Shown here piece after piece: positions 1 to 10,367 of a DNA stretch of 18,958 nt. The stretch's first letter is position 1. Each line of letters opens with the position of its first letter. The notes beneath the pieces are model-generated. The model saw only the letters and a list, made by a program, of their open reading frames with translations. It did not search any database and was not told the origin of the DNA. Source of the DNA: Utricularia gibba. Lineage: Eukaryota > Plantae > Magnoliophyta. A program made the translations under genes and the position numbers. The stretch spans positions 1 through 18,958 of the forward strand of contig NEEC01000312.1 in assembly GCA_002189035.1 (NCBI GenBank), in the 5' to 3' direction.

Positions 1-247
1 TATGTGCTCTAGAGACAATCAACTCATTGGCAAATCTTATCTTATGATATTTACTTTGAATTGTGATCAAATTTATATCATTAAAATCCTCTACTTGATC
101 TATTGCTATAGAAATTATGATGAGATCATAATGTGAGATTCTTCAAGCACTCATGATCAAGTTAAAAACTCCCTTGCTAGAGTATTTGTGAAATGAGGAT
201 ATCACAAATACGGATAAGCTGGCACACATTGAGTTCCCTAAACTATT
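1..247 (+). mobile_element. Ty1/copia (Angela-like) LTR, 5' fragment
   Basis: About 98% identical to 1807-2057. Also matches the reverse complement of 17400-17650, which starts TGTTAGT directly after a copia PPT. Confidence 0.85.
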
Positions 248-257
248 ACTAAGCTGG

Positions 258-1798
258 CATACAGTTTAAAGGATATCATCTATAACAAACATACGTTGCG
301 AGCCACGTAAGCTATTATTGAGTGACTTTATTTAATGAGAAATGAGTCATAGAGCACTGAAGAACATATCGATCGTGGATCCAGAGTGTAGCCACTCCTA
401 ACCCAAAGTCCATAACTCGACCACCCAGCACTTGTGCTTCGAATCCACATAGCTCACGGAACAAACGCACACCTCCCCTTATAATTCGACCCCCATGGCA
501 TCCACTCCTGATGCAAAATTCCATTCTCCCTCCAGGCTTTGCAAAGAAGCGGGTAACGTGGAATGGATCGGTATTGCTTCGCAAGCAGGTCACGCCTTGC
601 AACATGCATACTTCATACCTTACGACATTCCAATGCCTGACCTCCGGATGCCTTTTACCCAGATTGTGGATGAGATAGAGAAGGGATCACTTGGTTAAGC
701 AATCGTTAAAGCCGCGTGCGCAACACGCGAGTGTGTTCCGTATGCTAACGGCTTGACCATCATCCGATTCAGCATACTGCTCGTGCACCTTTACGAGTGT
801 AGCCAATTTTCCGTCCTCACTTTCAACCAGGTCCGATGCAACGTACAAAGATATATGGTGGTCGTCTTCTCTCAAGCATCGACACGATTCATCGGGTTGA
901 TGGTCTCTAGTGCAAACTCCCACGCTCTTTTAGGCGTTCACATCCATGCGCACTACTTCCTTTCTTTTTGTCCGTTGCTGGACGGGCCTCGCAAGCTTTA
1001 CCGTTACCTTCAGGTGTTCTGGACGCCTTAGCGAATGGACTGGACAATGAGACCGTTGGTCTATTATCGCTGCCGTTTAAAAATATGAGGATGCGTGGAG
1101 ATTAGACCAGCACTGATGCGCACGTCCATAGAACCGTAAAGTCCAACCCATGGACTCTTACCTAGTACTTCACCCTTGATGTATCGTCAAACGATGCGAA
1201 GGGGTACACCAGGAGGAATGACTTGGGTTATAACACTAACAGGATCCATACATCTTAGTTTTTCCTATTACTTTCCCTTATGATCTTCCATGGAAACAAA
1301 GTAAGACTTACGCAGAGGAGTCACGAGTTCTCTACATGGCGGATCTTGGTGCACCATCGCTACTCGTTTGAGGGTGTTTTGTTGTGCAACAAACTCAGCC
1401 AACATCCAATGAATATTAGAATGCGGCCAACGACACTCCATGTACTTTACCGATCACCAACAACGTGCGATGGAAACATTAACAATTTTGGATTCATTCT
1501 ATGGAGCAGATACGATGTGGATGTGCTATCCAGCCGTTAGACGGCTACTACCCCGACCTCCTGAATATTTGGACACGAAAGTGGGCATGCCACTATACGT
1601 TTGGAAGGAAAAAACCTTCAACCATACAGTTTAAAGGATATCATCTATAACAAACATACGTTGCGAGCCACGTAAGCTATTATTGAGTGGACATCATTTA
1701 ATGAGAAATGATTTATTGAGTATTGAAGAACATATCGATCGTGGATCCAGAGTGTAACCACTCCTAACCCCAAGTCCATAACTCGACCACTGAGCACT
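258..1798 (+). repeat. Repeat X segment 1 (one full ~1365-bp turn plus ~175 bp)
   Basis: catacagtttaaaggatatcatc occurs at 258 and again at 1623 with collinear continuation. Homologous to 2068-3942, 8117-9108, 9703-9830, 13512-14333 and 18287-18958. Confidence 0.9.
620..1798 (+). pseudogene. Decayed ORF in repeat X, probably a FAR1/FHY3-related MULE transposase
   Basis: Reading + across frameshifts gives motifs in FRS/MULE order: YANGLTIIRFS..YECSQ, C-x-A..WVVVFF (clearest at 3878-3922), AFTSMR..GG..GD, DLGYNTNRI (1220-1246), HHRY, LYRSPTT..RYxVD, WTRKWACHYTFG (1570-1605), KYVASH (18k copy). Matches are fuzzy, the spacing needs deletions, and no search was run. Confidence 0.45.
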
Positions 1799-2057
1799 TG
1801 TTAGTGTATGTGCTCTAGAGACAATCAACTCATTGGCAAATCTTATCTTATGATATTTACTTTGAATTGTGATCAAATTTATATCATTGATAAAATCCTC
1901 TACTTGATCTATGTGCTATAGAAATTATGATGAGATCATAATGTGAGATTCTTCAAGCACTCATGATCAAGTTAAAAACTCCCTTGCTAGAGTATTTGTG
2001 AAATGAGGATATCACAAATACGGATATGCTGGCACACATTGAGTTCCCTAAACTATT
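1799..2057 (+). mobile_element. Ty1/copia LTR 5' fragment starting at the TG terminus
   Basis: Begins TGTTAGTGTATGTG, the same terminus as the LTR at 17650 (- strand). Ends at ccctaaactatt. Confidence 0.85.
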
Positions 2058-2067
2058 ACTAAGCTGG

Positions 2068-3942
2068 CATACAGTTTAAAGGATATCATCTATAACAAAC
2101 ATACGTTGCGAGCCACGTAAGCTATTATTGAGTGGACTTTATTTAATGAGAAATGAGTCATAGAGCACTGAAGAACATATCGATCGTGGATCCAGAGTGT
2201 AATGAATCCTAACGCAAAGTCCATAACTCGACCACGGAGCACTTGTCCTTTGAATCCACACAGCTCACGGAACAAACGAACACTTCCTCTAATAATCCGA
2301 CCCTCATGGCATTCACTGGTTATTCAAAACTCCATTCTCTCACTAGGCTTTGCAAAGAAGAGGGTAACGTGGAATGTATCGGTATTGCTTAGGAAGTAGG
2401 TCACGCCTCGCAACATGCATACTTCATACCTTTCGGCATTCCAATGTTTGACCTCCGGATTCCTTTCACTCAAATTGTGGATGAAGATATAGGAGGGATT
2501 ACTTGGTTAAGCTGTAGTTAAAGCTGTGTGCGCAACACGCGAGTGTGTTCCGTATGCTAACGGCTTGACCATCATCTGATTGAGCATGTTGCTCTTGCAC
2601 CTTTACGAGTGTCGCCAATTTTCCGTCCTCACTTTCAAACAGGTCCGATGCAACATACAAAGATTAATGGGTGGTCGTCTTCTTTCAAGCGTCGACATGA
2701 TTCCATCGGTTGATGGTCTCTAGTGCAAACTCCCACACTCTTGTAGGCGTTCACATCCGTGCGCACTACTTCCTTTCTTTTCTACATTGCTGGACAGATC
2801 TCGCTACATTTACAATTAACGAATGAACTGGAGATTGAGACTAGTGGCGTATTGTTGCTGCGATTTAAATACATAGGGATGCATAGAGATTAGACCAGCA
2901 CTGATGCGCACGTCCATAGCACCATAAAGTCCATCCAATGGGCTCTAACCAAGTACTTCACCATTCATGTATCTTCAAACGATACCAGGAGGGTACACCA
3001 GGAGCAATGACTTGGGTTATAATAGCACCATAAAGTCCATCCAATGGGCTCTAACCAAGTACTTCACCATTCATGTATCTTCAAACGATACCAGGAGGGT
3101 GCACTAGGAGCAATGACTTGGGTTATAAGACCAACATGATCCCATACTACTTAGTGTATCCTGTTGCTTTCTCTTATGATGTTCCATGGCAATATGGTGA
3201 GACGTATGCAGAGGGGTCACGAGTTCACTCCAAGGCGAATCATGGTGCACCATCGTTACTCGTTTGAAGGTGTTGTGTGGTGCAACAAAGTCAGCCTAAT
3301 TCCAATGAATAGTAGATTGTGGCCAAGGAGACTCCATGTACTTTATCGATCTCCAACAACGTACGATGGAAACATTAACAATTTTGGATTCATTCTATAG
3401 AGCACATACGATGTGGATGTGTTATCCAGCCTTTAGATGACTCCCACCCTGACCTCTTGAATGTTTGGACACGAAAGTGGCATGCCACTATACGTTTGGG
3501 AGGAAAAAACCTTCAACCATACAGTTTAAAGGATATCATCTATATCAAACATACGTTGCGAGCCACGAAAGCTATTGTTGAGTGGACATCATTTAATGAG
3601 AAATGAGTCATAGAGCATTGAAGAACATATCGATCGTGGATCCAGAGTGTAACCACTCCTAACCCCAAGTCCATAACTCCAGTGCCTAACCTCCAAATGT
3701 CTTTTACTCTGAATTCACATGAAGATATAGTAGAGATCACTTGGTTATGCAATAGGTAAAGCCGTGTGCGCAACATGCGAGTGTGTCCTATATCCTAATG
3801 CCTTGACCATCATCTGATTGAGACTGCTGCTTGTGCACCTTTACTAGTGTGTCCACTTTTCCATCCTCTCTTCAAACAGGTGCAATGCAATATATAAAGA
3901 ACAATGGGTGGTCGTCTTCTTTTATTCTTCGACACCAATCTA
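2068..3942 (+). repeat. Repeat X segment 2
   Basis: Collinear with 258-1798 and wraps again at 3518. Contains a 106-bp duplication and a ~210-bp forward skip at 3678. Ends at a CRM LTR terminus. Confidence 0.9.
2917..3128 (+). repeat. 106-bp direct tandem duplication within repeat X
   Basis: tagcaccataaagtcc...gggttataa at 2917-3022 and 3023-3128, with about 2 mismatches. Confidence 0.95.
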
Positions 3943-4407
3943 TCATTGCGATATGACCCTTCAATCAACAAGTGATTGGCAAACCAGTTATTGGTTTAAA
4001 AGAAGCAATCCCTCACAGAAAAGAAGTTGGCCCTTAAGGATTGAAAGATCCTTGCAACCCAAACTATGAAATGGTATCACACTCACAGAATCAAGGAAGG
4101 AATTGGGAGTGATAAACCACACACTAGACACCACAAGCAAGGCTTGATAAATCTAAGTTCTACAAGAACTCAAGAAAGGAGAATTGCTCTCAAATGTGAT
4201 TACAATCAAAGTTGTCCAAAACAAGAGTAAGGCCCTTCTTATATAGACGAAGGGTTTGGCCTTATTGGAAGAAAAGTAGTAATAATAATGCATTTGGTAG
4301 TAATGGGCCTTCTCTAATCCAGTTGATCCACTATGACAAGGTTGAATTCCAGGCCAAACACCTCATTGCTTGATTGATTGGCCCATAAGCTCTTAAGCAC
4401 TTCTTGA
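3943..4407 (-). mobile_element. CRM 3' LTR lacking its first ~110 bp
   Basis: Homologous to 7402-7858 and 14334-14750. Homology stops at cacttcttga (4407). Confidence 0.9.
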
Positions 4408-6686
4408 GTTCACTCTTTTCACATGACTGATTCTTGCAACAAGGCTCTCCACTTCTTTTTTCCTCACAACTCCTTCATTCACGTCTTTCTTTTCACTCTC
4501 TTTTTTAGATGTTCTTTTCCTTTCTCGTGATATCTCTTTTTTCTCCCCCATACTCTCATCCCTCAACTCACCAAAAGATTTGATAGCGGTAGCAATCTTA
4601 ACTTGATCTTCGTGTGCCTCTTTTGGAGATAAAGGCACCAACGTGATGGGTTTTCCTTTAATGGAAAAGGAATACTTGTTTTATAGCCATCATGGTGTTT
4701 GAGAAAGTGAGTACTCTCCATAAACTGAGGGACGTGGGCCACTATTCCTTCCTATGCACATGGTGTCAAAGAAGAGTAGAAGTAGTGAGCCCACCTCCCA
4801 CATTTCTCTCAACTACTTGCAGTTATTTCCACTCCACTTTTGGGAGTTGTTAGTGAGTCGTGGATGCATCTTTCTCGCATCTAGTTAGGCTAATTTCTAG
4901 TATAAATCTCGAAGTCTTGTATTCAGTCTTTACTCAATATTATTGATCCGGTTTTTCAGGTTATCCCTGCTTCAATTTTGCTTCTTCATCGTCGTCCTCG
5001 TGTAGTTTCTGTTCCAGAATCAATTTGCATCACTTCACTCCAACACATGGATCACCTTACTATCATATTGCCAAGGCCTTCCCAAGAGTATGTGTCCAGC
5101 ATGCATGGGAACTACATCACAAAGAACCTCATCCTGATACTTTCCAATTTGGAAAGCAACAAGAACTTGTTTATTGACCTTTACTTCACTCCCTTCGTTC
5201 AACCATTGAAGCCTGTAGGGATTTGGATGTTTGAGAGTAGGAAGTTGGAGTTTATCCACCATGAGAGTACTAGCAACATTTGTGCAACTACCTCCATCGA
5301 TTATTAGGCTACATACCTTCCCATGTGCAAAGCAACGTGTATGGCATAAGTTTTCGCGTTGCTCCTCCATTGGCTTAGCATCCATGACTGAAGTCCTTCT
5401 TGTTACCAAACTTTTACCAATAACAGGTTGTTGTTCCCCATCATATATCTCATGTAAAGCACTTCCACTTTCACTCTCAACTTCAGATTCAACATCTCCA
5501 TAATCCCTTAGAACCATGGTCCTCTTGTTTGGGCATTCTGAAGCAATATGACCATGGCCGAGACATTTGAAGTATTTGATATTTTTTGTTTGCCCAGAAA
5601 ACTTAAATCCTCTTTCCTTGTGTCGAGTATTTGAAGTGCCCTCTTTCATCGATTCTAACTTGGTTGATTTCCCAAATGAAGGATAATTTGGTTTCTTCTC
5701 CTTACTTCCAGCAACATTCCACGAAGTAGAAGGTTTTGGATGGTCTCTTTGTTGTCCCTTAGACTTTAGTTGCTTCTCAATCTTGATGGCAACGTGCAAC
5801 ATGTCTTCAATCTCTACATAGTGTTGCAGCTCGACCACTTGAGAAATTTCCTTGTTTAAGCCATAGAGGAATCTTGCCATTGTAGCTTCCCTATCCTCTG
5901 TTATGTTGGCTCGAATCATTAATACCTCCATTCTTGCCCATATTCTTCCACGGTTTTGCTCCCTTGGGTGAGTTTCTGCAAGTTTTGGTGTTGATCTCTT
6001 TGGTAGTGGTTGGGAATGAACCTTTTTCTCATGATCCTCTTCATTTCAGTCCAAGTGCGATTTGGTTCTTCATCATTTCGTCTTCTGTTGAGTACTATGT
6101 TATCCCACCAAGTTATGGCATAATCTATAAACTCAACAACAGCAAGCTTGATCTTCTTGGCTTCAAAATAGTTGTGACAATCAAACACATGCTCCACACG
6201 AGTCTCCCACTCCAAGTAGGCATTTGGATCGTTTTTCCCTTGAAAAGGAAAGATTTTCAAATTCCTTGTATTCACTTGTGTATCTACCCCTTGGTCTTTC
6301 ATCATGTCCTGCATCACGATTTGGCCTCCTATTTCTTTGATATCTTCGTTCTATATCATCACCACCAGATGAATCATACTTATCAAAGATGTTGTTATTA
6401 TTTCTCCTTTGTTCACCATGCCTTGCCTCTTAGGCCTCAGATTCCGAATCTTTTTCTAGTTGAGAATTCCTTCTACTATGGTGTGATGGAACTCTTGTTC
6501 TTCCATGGGAGACACTATCCTCTTCTTGCTTTTTGATGTTCTTGAGAGATTCATCATGTTCCTTTAATTTGATGTGGATTTGCTCCATGCAGCTTTGCAG
6601 TCTTCTTAACTCACCTTGCATTGCATTAAGTACGAACAACCATCCATTGCACCTGATTCTTCTGCAGGGTTGTTAGAGCTCGACAT
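4408..6686 (-). pseudogene. CRM gag-protease polyprotein fragment with frameshifts
   Basis: Gag motifs FQGKNDPNAYLEWE and AITWWD, knuckle (Y)[13 protein letters not shown] with the first Cys mutated, protease [10 protein letters not shown] and [10 protein letters not shown]. Continues after the solo LTR as HDGY..KPITLVPLSP. Frameshifts near 6640, 5930 and 4680. Confidence 0.92.
4696..5045 (+). mobile_element. 350-bp solo LTR (family unidentified; copia- or TRIM-like)
   Basis: TGTTTGAG...CTCCAACA termini (7/8 inverted match), perfect 5-bp TSD CATGG at 4691-4695 and 5046-5050, TATAAAT at 4901. Removing it rejoins the CRM pol at KVIH/DGY. Confidence 0.9.
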
Positions 6687-7385
6687 CCTACTACAAGTTA
6701 AAAGTGTAGACAAAAGGAAGGAAAGAGAACAATGAAAGAAAGATAGAAGTAAAAGAAGAAGGAGAGAATTTTCAAACCTCAAGTCCTCTTGAACTTTAAG
6801 ACTCAATAAACCTTAAATGATCAATCTAAGTGTGGTTCAAAGAGATAACAGTGGCTAGGGTAATGAGTGGGATAAAGAAAATGAGCAATATAGGACTTGG
6901 TGATGGTAACAGTACTTATGAATAAGTAAGAGTAGGAATAGAAGGATAGAGTGTAACTTGTTGTGATTAACACACAAGAGGTAGGTAGATAATTGAAAAG
7001 AGTCAAAATGGAATATAAGTGTGACAATAGACAAAGTTGTGCAATATTGACTTTTCTTTTATTTGGTAAGTAGAAGATTCAATGGATTCAAATGACTAGC
7101 TCCTTTTTTTTTACTTTTCTTGTGTGTGAAAAGTTGAAAATTCAATGAATTCAGGTGCTAACCTTCTTTTTCCCTTCAACACATTTTTTTTTCTTTTTGC
7201 AGCAATCCAGAAGAAAAGGATGAAAGAAACAAAGATAAGAAACCCCCTTGGTTTTTCTTTTCAGAAGAAAAGATGAGCAAAAGACAAGATAAGCAAATAA
7301 GGATAAATCTGGACTAGTTTCTGGTTTTTTTTTTCTTTAGAACGAAACCACAACAAGATAGATAGGAGATGAAGAAGAGAAACAT

Positions 7386-7399
7386 TGGCTCTGATACCA
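7386..7399 (-). promoter_or_regulatory. Primer binding site (tRNA-iMet)
   Basis: The minus strand reads TGGTATCAGAGCCA 2 bp after the LTR end. Confidence 0.95.
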
Positions 7400-7401
7400 C
7401 C

Positions 7402-7970
7402 TGATACGACCCTCCAATCAACAAGTGATTGGCAACCAAATCTTGGTTGAAAAGAAGCAATCTCTCAAGGAAAAGAAGTTGGCCCTCAAGGATTGAAAGA
7501 TCCTTGCAACCCAAACTATGAAATGATACCACACTCACATAATCAAGTAAGGAATTGGGAGCAATAAACCACACACTAGACACCACAAGCAAGGCTTGAT
7601 AAGTCTAAGTTCTACAAGAACACAAGAAAGGAGAATTGCTCTCAAATATGATTACAATCAAAGTTGTCCAAAACAAGACTAAGACCCTTCTTATATAGAT
7701 GAAGGATTGGGTCTTATTGGAAGAAAAGGAGTAATAACAATGCATTTGGTAGTAATGGGTCTTCTCTAATCCAGTTGATCCACTATGACAAGGTTGAATT
7801 CCAGGGCAAACACCTCATTGCTTGATTGATTGGCCCATAAGCTCTTAAGCACTTCTTGATTATTTCTTGCTCTTGATCTAGGGATTGGCGCAACTGAAAT
7901 CAATGGAGGATTATTGATCTTGTGTCATTTGTCTTCATTGGGATGATCTGTAGCATCAATGATCTCATCA
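7402..7970 (-). mobile_element. Complete CRM LTR (569 bp)
   Basis: TGATG...TATCA termini. Flanked by a PPT (AAGAAGGAGGGGGGGA) on its 5' side and a PBS on its 3' side. Confidence 0.92.
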
Positions 7971-8112
7971 TCCCCCCCTCCTTCTTTTAGCAGATTCATC
8001 CTTGAATCGTCACCATCTACATCTCAAGTAACCAAGTCAGCCATATTGAATGTAGAGTGCACCGAAAACTCACCTAAAAGATTAATCTTATAAGCATTGT
8101 CATTGATTTTGT
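7971..8112 (-). pseudogene. CRM integrase C-terminus plus PPT
   Basis: Translates to KINDNAYKINL..EFSVHSTFNMADL..DSRMNLLKEEG and is homologous to 15843-15980. Confidence 0.88.
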
Positions 8113-8116
8113 CATT

Positions 8117-9108
8117 GGACTTCTTCACAAATGGACTGGAGAAAGATACCGATGCCTATTGTTGCTGTGATTTGAATATATGGGGATGCATGGAGATTAG
8201 ACCAGCACTGATGCGCACGTCCATAGCACCATAAAGTCCATCCCATAACCTCTAACCAAGTACTTCACCATTCATGTATCGTCAAACGATACAAAGGGGG
8301 TACACTAGGAGATTGAACTTGGGTCATAACACCAACAGGATCCCATACTTCTTAGTGTATCCTGTTGCTTTCTCTTATGATGTTCCATGGCAACATGGTG
8401 AGACGTACGCAGAGGAGTCACGAGTTCACTTCGTATACCTCGCACAGCTCCCACACCCCACATTCGTTTTGTTACATAGTAAAGCACTACCTCACCATAA
8501 TTTATTGGTATCGCTTAGGCAGTTGATCACGCCTTGCGAAATGCATACTTCATACCCCTCACCATGAGGATAGAGAGATCACTTGGTTAAGCAATTGGAA
8601 AAGCCGTGTGCACAAAACGTGAGTGTGTCCCGTATCCTAATGCCTTGACCTATATCTGATTGAGCGTTTTGCTAGTGCATCTTTACTAGTGTGGCCACTT
8701 TTCCATCCTGTCTACCAGTGCGATGCAATGTACAAAGTATAATGGGTGGTCGTCTTCTTTCAAGCATAGACACCAGTCTATCAGTGGCTGGTCTCTATTG
8801 TCAAACTCCCATGCTCTTGTAGGCGTTGACATCCATGCGCACTACCTCCTCTCTTTTCTCCATTGCTGGACAGTTCTCACTAGCTTTACCATTATGTGGT
8901 GGTGTTTCGGACTTCTTAACGAATGGACTGGAGAATGAGACCAGTGGCCTATTGTTGCTCCCGTTTAAATACATGGGGATGTGTGGAGATTAGACAAGCA
9001 CTGATGTGCAAGTCCAAAGCACCATAAAGTCCATCCCATGGCCTCTAAACAAGTACTTCACCATTCATGTATCGTCAAACGATACCAAGGGGGTACGCCT
9101 TGAGCAAT
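8117..9108 (+). repeat. Repeat X segment 3
   Basis: Homologous to ~1020-1335, then jumps at 8430 to sequence matching ~18770-18880 and continues like 660-1215. Confidence 0.88.
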
Positions 9109-9702
9109 TGATGAGCCCGAGAAGTGTATTTAAAGAATGATGAGAAGTTTGTCCAAGTGAACACATTAGATACAAAGATGATTCCACCAGGACCAATGAC
9201 TAGAAGCAAGAGCAAAATGCTTGAAGATACACTTAAGGCTCTACTCAATACAATTGGAATCAAACATGGGCTTGAAGACATCCCATCAAAAGAGCTCAAC
9301 TACTTGAAGGTGGATTTACCTTAGAGCAATGGACTTGTTAGACTTTTCTATTTCATTTAGTTTGGGCCAAGTAATGTTAGAGCCCAATCCTAGAGTATAA
9401 ATACTCTAGAGATATACTCTTTCAGGACCTTTAGTCATTTCATGTATGTTGTGAGGATTCTCCTCTTCTTTGAATGCTTGAACACTCTTAACTTATCAAG
9501 CTTTGAGCTTGTGGTGTTCTAGGATTATCTCTTCCAATCCCTCTCTCTTTTCTGAAGTGTGGCTCCTAATTTTCTTTGTTTCGAAGTCTGGTTGCAAGAG
9601 ATTCATTCTCTTGTGGGTAGACTTGGGTGGGTTCTCTTCTAAGCTTCAAAATCACCTCTTGTTCGTGGGTTACTAATCTCTATAGATTAGAGGGTCACAT
9701 CA
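9109..9702 (+). mobile_element. CRM-clade solo LTR (594 bp), second subfamily
   Basis: TGATG...CATCA termini and TSD GCAAT/GCAAC (4/5). Repeat X resumes in register. Internal ORF 9124-9324 carries GPMTRSKSKML (CR-motif-like). TATAAAT at ~9396. Confidence 0.9.
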
Positions 9703-9830
9703 GCAACGACATGGTTTATAACACCCAAAGGATCCCATAGTACTTGGTGTATCCTATTGCTTTCTCTCGTGATGTTCCATGGTATCATTGTGAAACGTGC
9801 ACAAAGGATTCACGAGTTCACTCTATGGTG
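9703..9830 (+). repeat. Repeat X segment 3, continuation
   Basis: Matches 13811-13938. Confidence 0.85.
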
Positions 9831-10367
9831 GTTCTTGTTCATTCTATAGGTCATCACAAACTGTGAATAGCTATCAGGTAGTGAGGTAAGGATCAAGTCA
9901 ATATTCATGTCCTTATCCAACACAAAACCAAGAGATGACAACTTTTCAATGTAACTCAACATCAATGTTGCATGATCAGCAGCAGAATTTCCTTCTGCCA
10001 AGCGACAATTGAACAACAGCTTTGATGTCGTGAATCTTTCAAGTCGTGAGTGCTCGCCAAACAGATTCTTGAGGTGTGTTATCATCTGTGGGCAAGTCAT
10101 CGACTCACGCTGTTTTTGGAGATCAGGGGCCATCTAAGCAAGCATGATACAGCAGATAAGCTCAGCATCATCTAGATACTTCTGATATGCATGCCGAACA
10201 TCTTCAGCTGCATTAGCCCTGGGTTGTGCAGGAACATCTTGCTCAAGGATGTAAGCAATCTTCTCCGCCTTGAGAACAATTCTCAGATTGCGGTGCCAAT
10301 CAGTAAAATTCGAGCCAACCAACTTGTTGGACTCTATAATGGATCTCAAATTCACGCCAGAAGACAT
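9830..10367 (-). pseudogene. Copia gag (UBN2-type) fragment
   Basis: LRSIIESNKLVGSNFTDWHRNLRIVLKAEKIAYIL...IDLILTSLPDSYSQFVMTY, with an in-frame TAG at 10134-10136. Truncated against repeat X. Confidence 0.92.

Larger units (their letters stand above)
3943..7970 (-). mobile_element. CRM-clade Ty3/gypsy retrotransposon, internally deleted (LTR-PBS-gag-PR-deletion-partial LTR)
   Basis: LTR at 7402-7970, PBS at 7386-7399, gag/zinc knuckle/protease at 6686-4408, second LTR at 3943-4407 (about 91% identical over the first ~230 bp compared). RT, RH and INT are absent. Confidence 0.9.

Noticed and set aside
315-605. Kinase-like DFGLG ... IAYVARN / TIGYMA on the - strand of repeat X
   Set aside because: No HRD/HCD, VAIK, APE or other subdomains at the expected spacing.
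1440-1634. Plant mobile domain reading (MWMCYP..PLYVW; LFRELC..LWIHDRY on -)
   Set aside because: The motifs lie on different strands and frames and do not form a consistent order. The FAR1/MULE order fits better, but this should be rechecked by HMM.
5934-6536. 200-aa + strand ORF (also 4978-5307 and 5231-5503)
   Set aside because: Antisense shadows of the CRM gag-protease, with no recognisable domain.
7386-7399. tRNA gene fragment
   Set aside because: Only the 14-nt PBS complement is present, with no cloverleaf. The same applies to 11471-11484.
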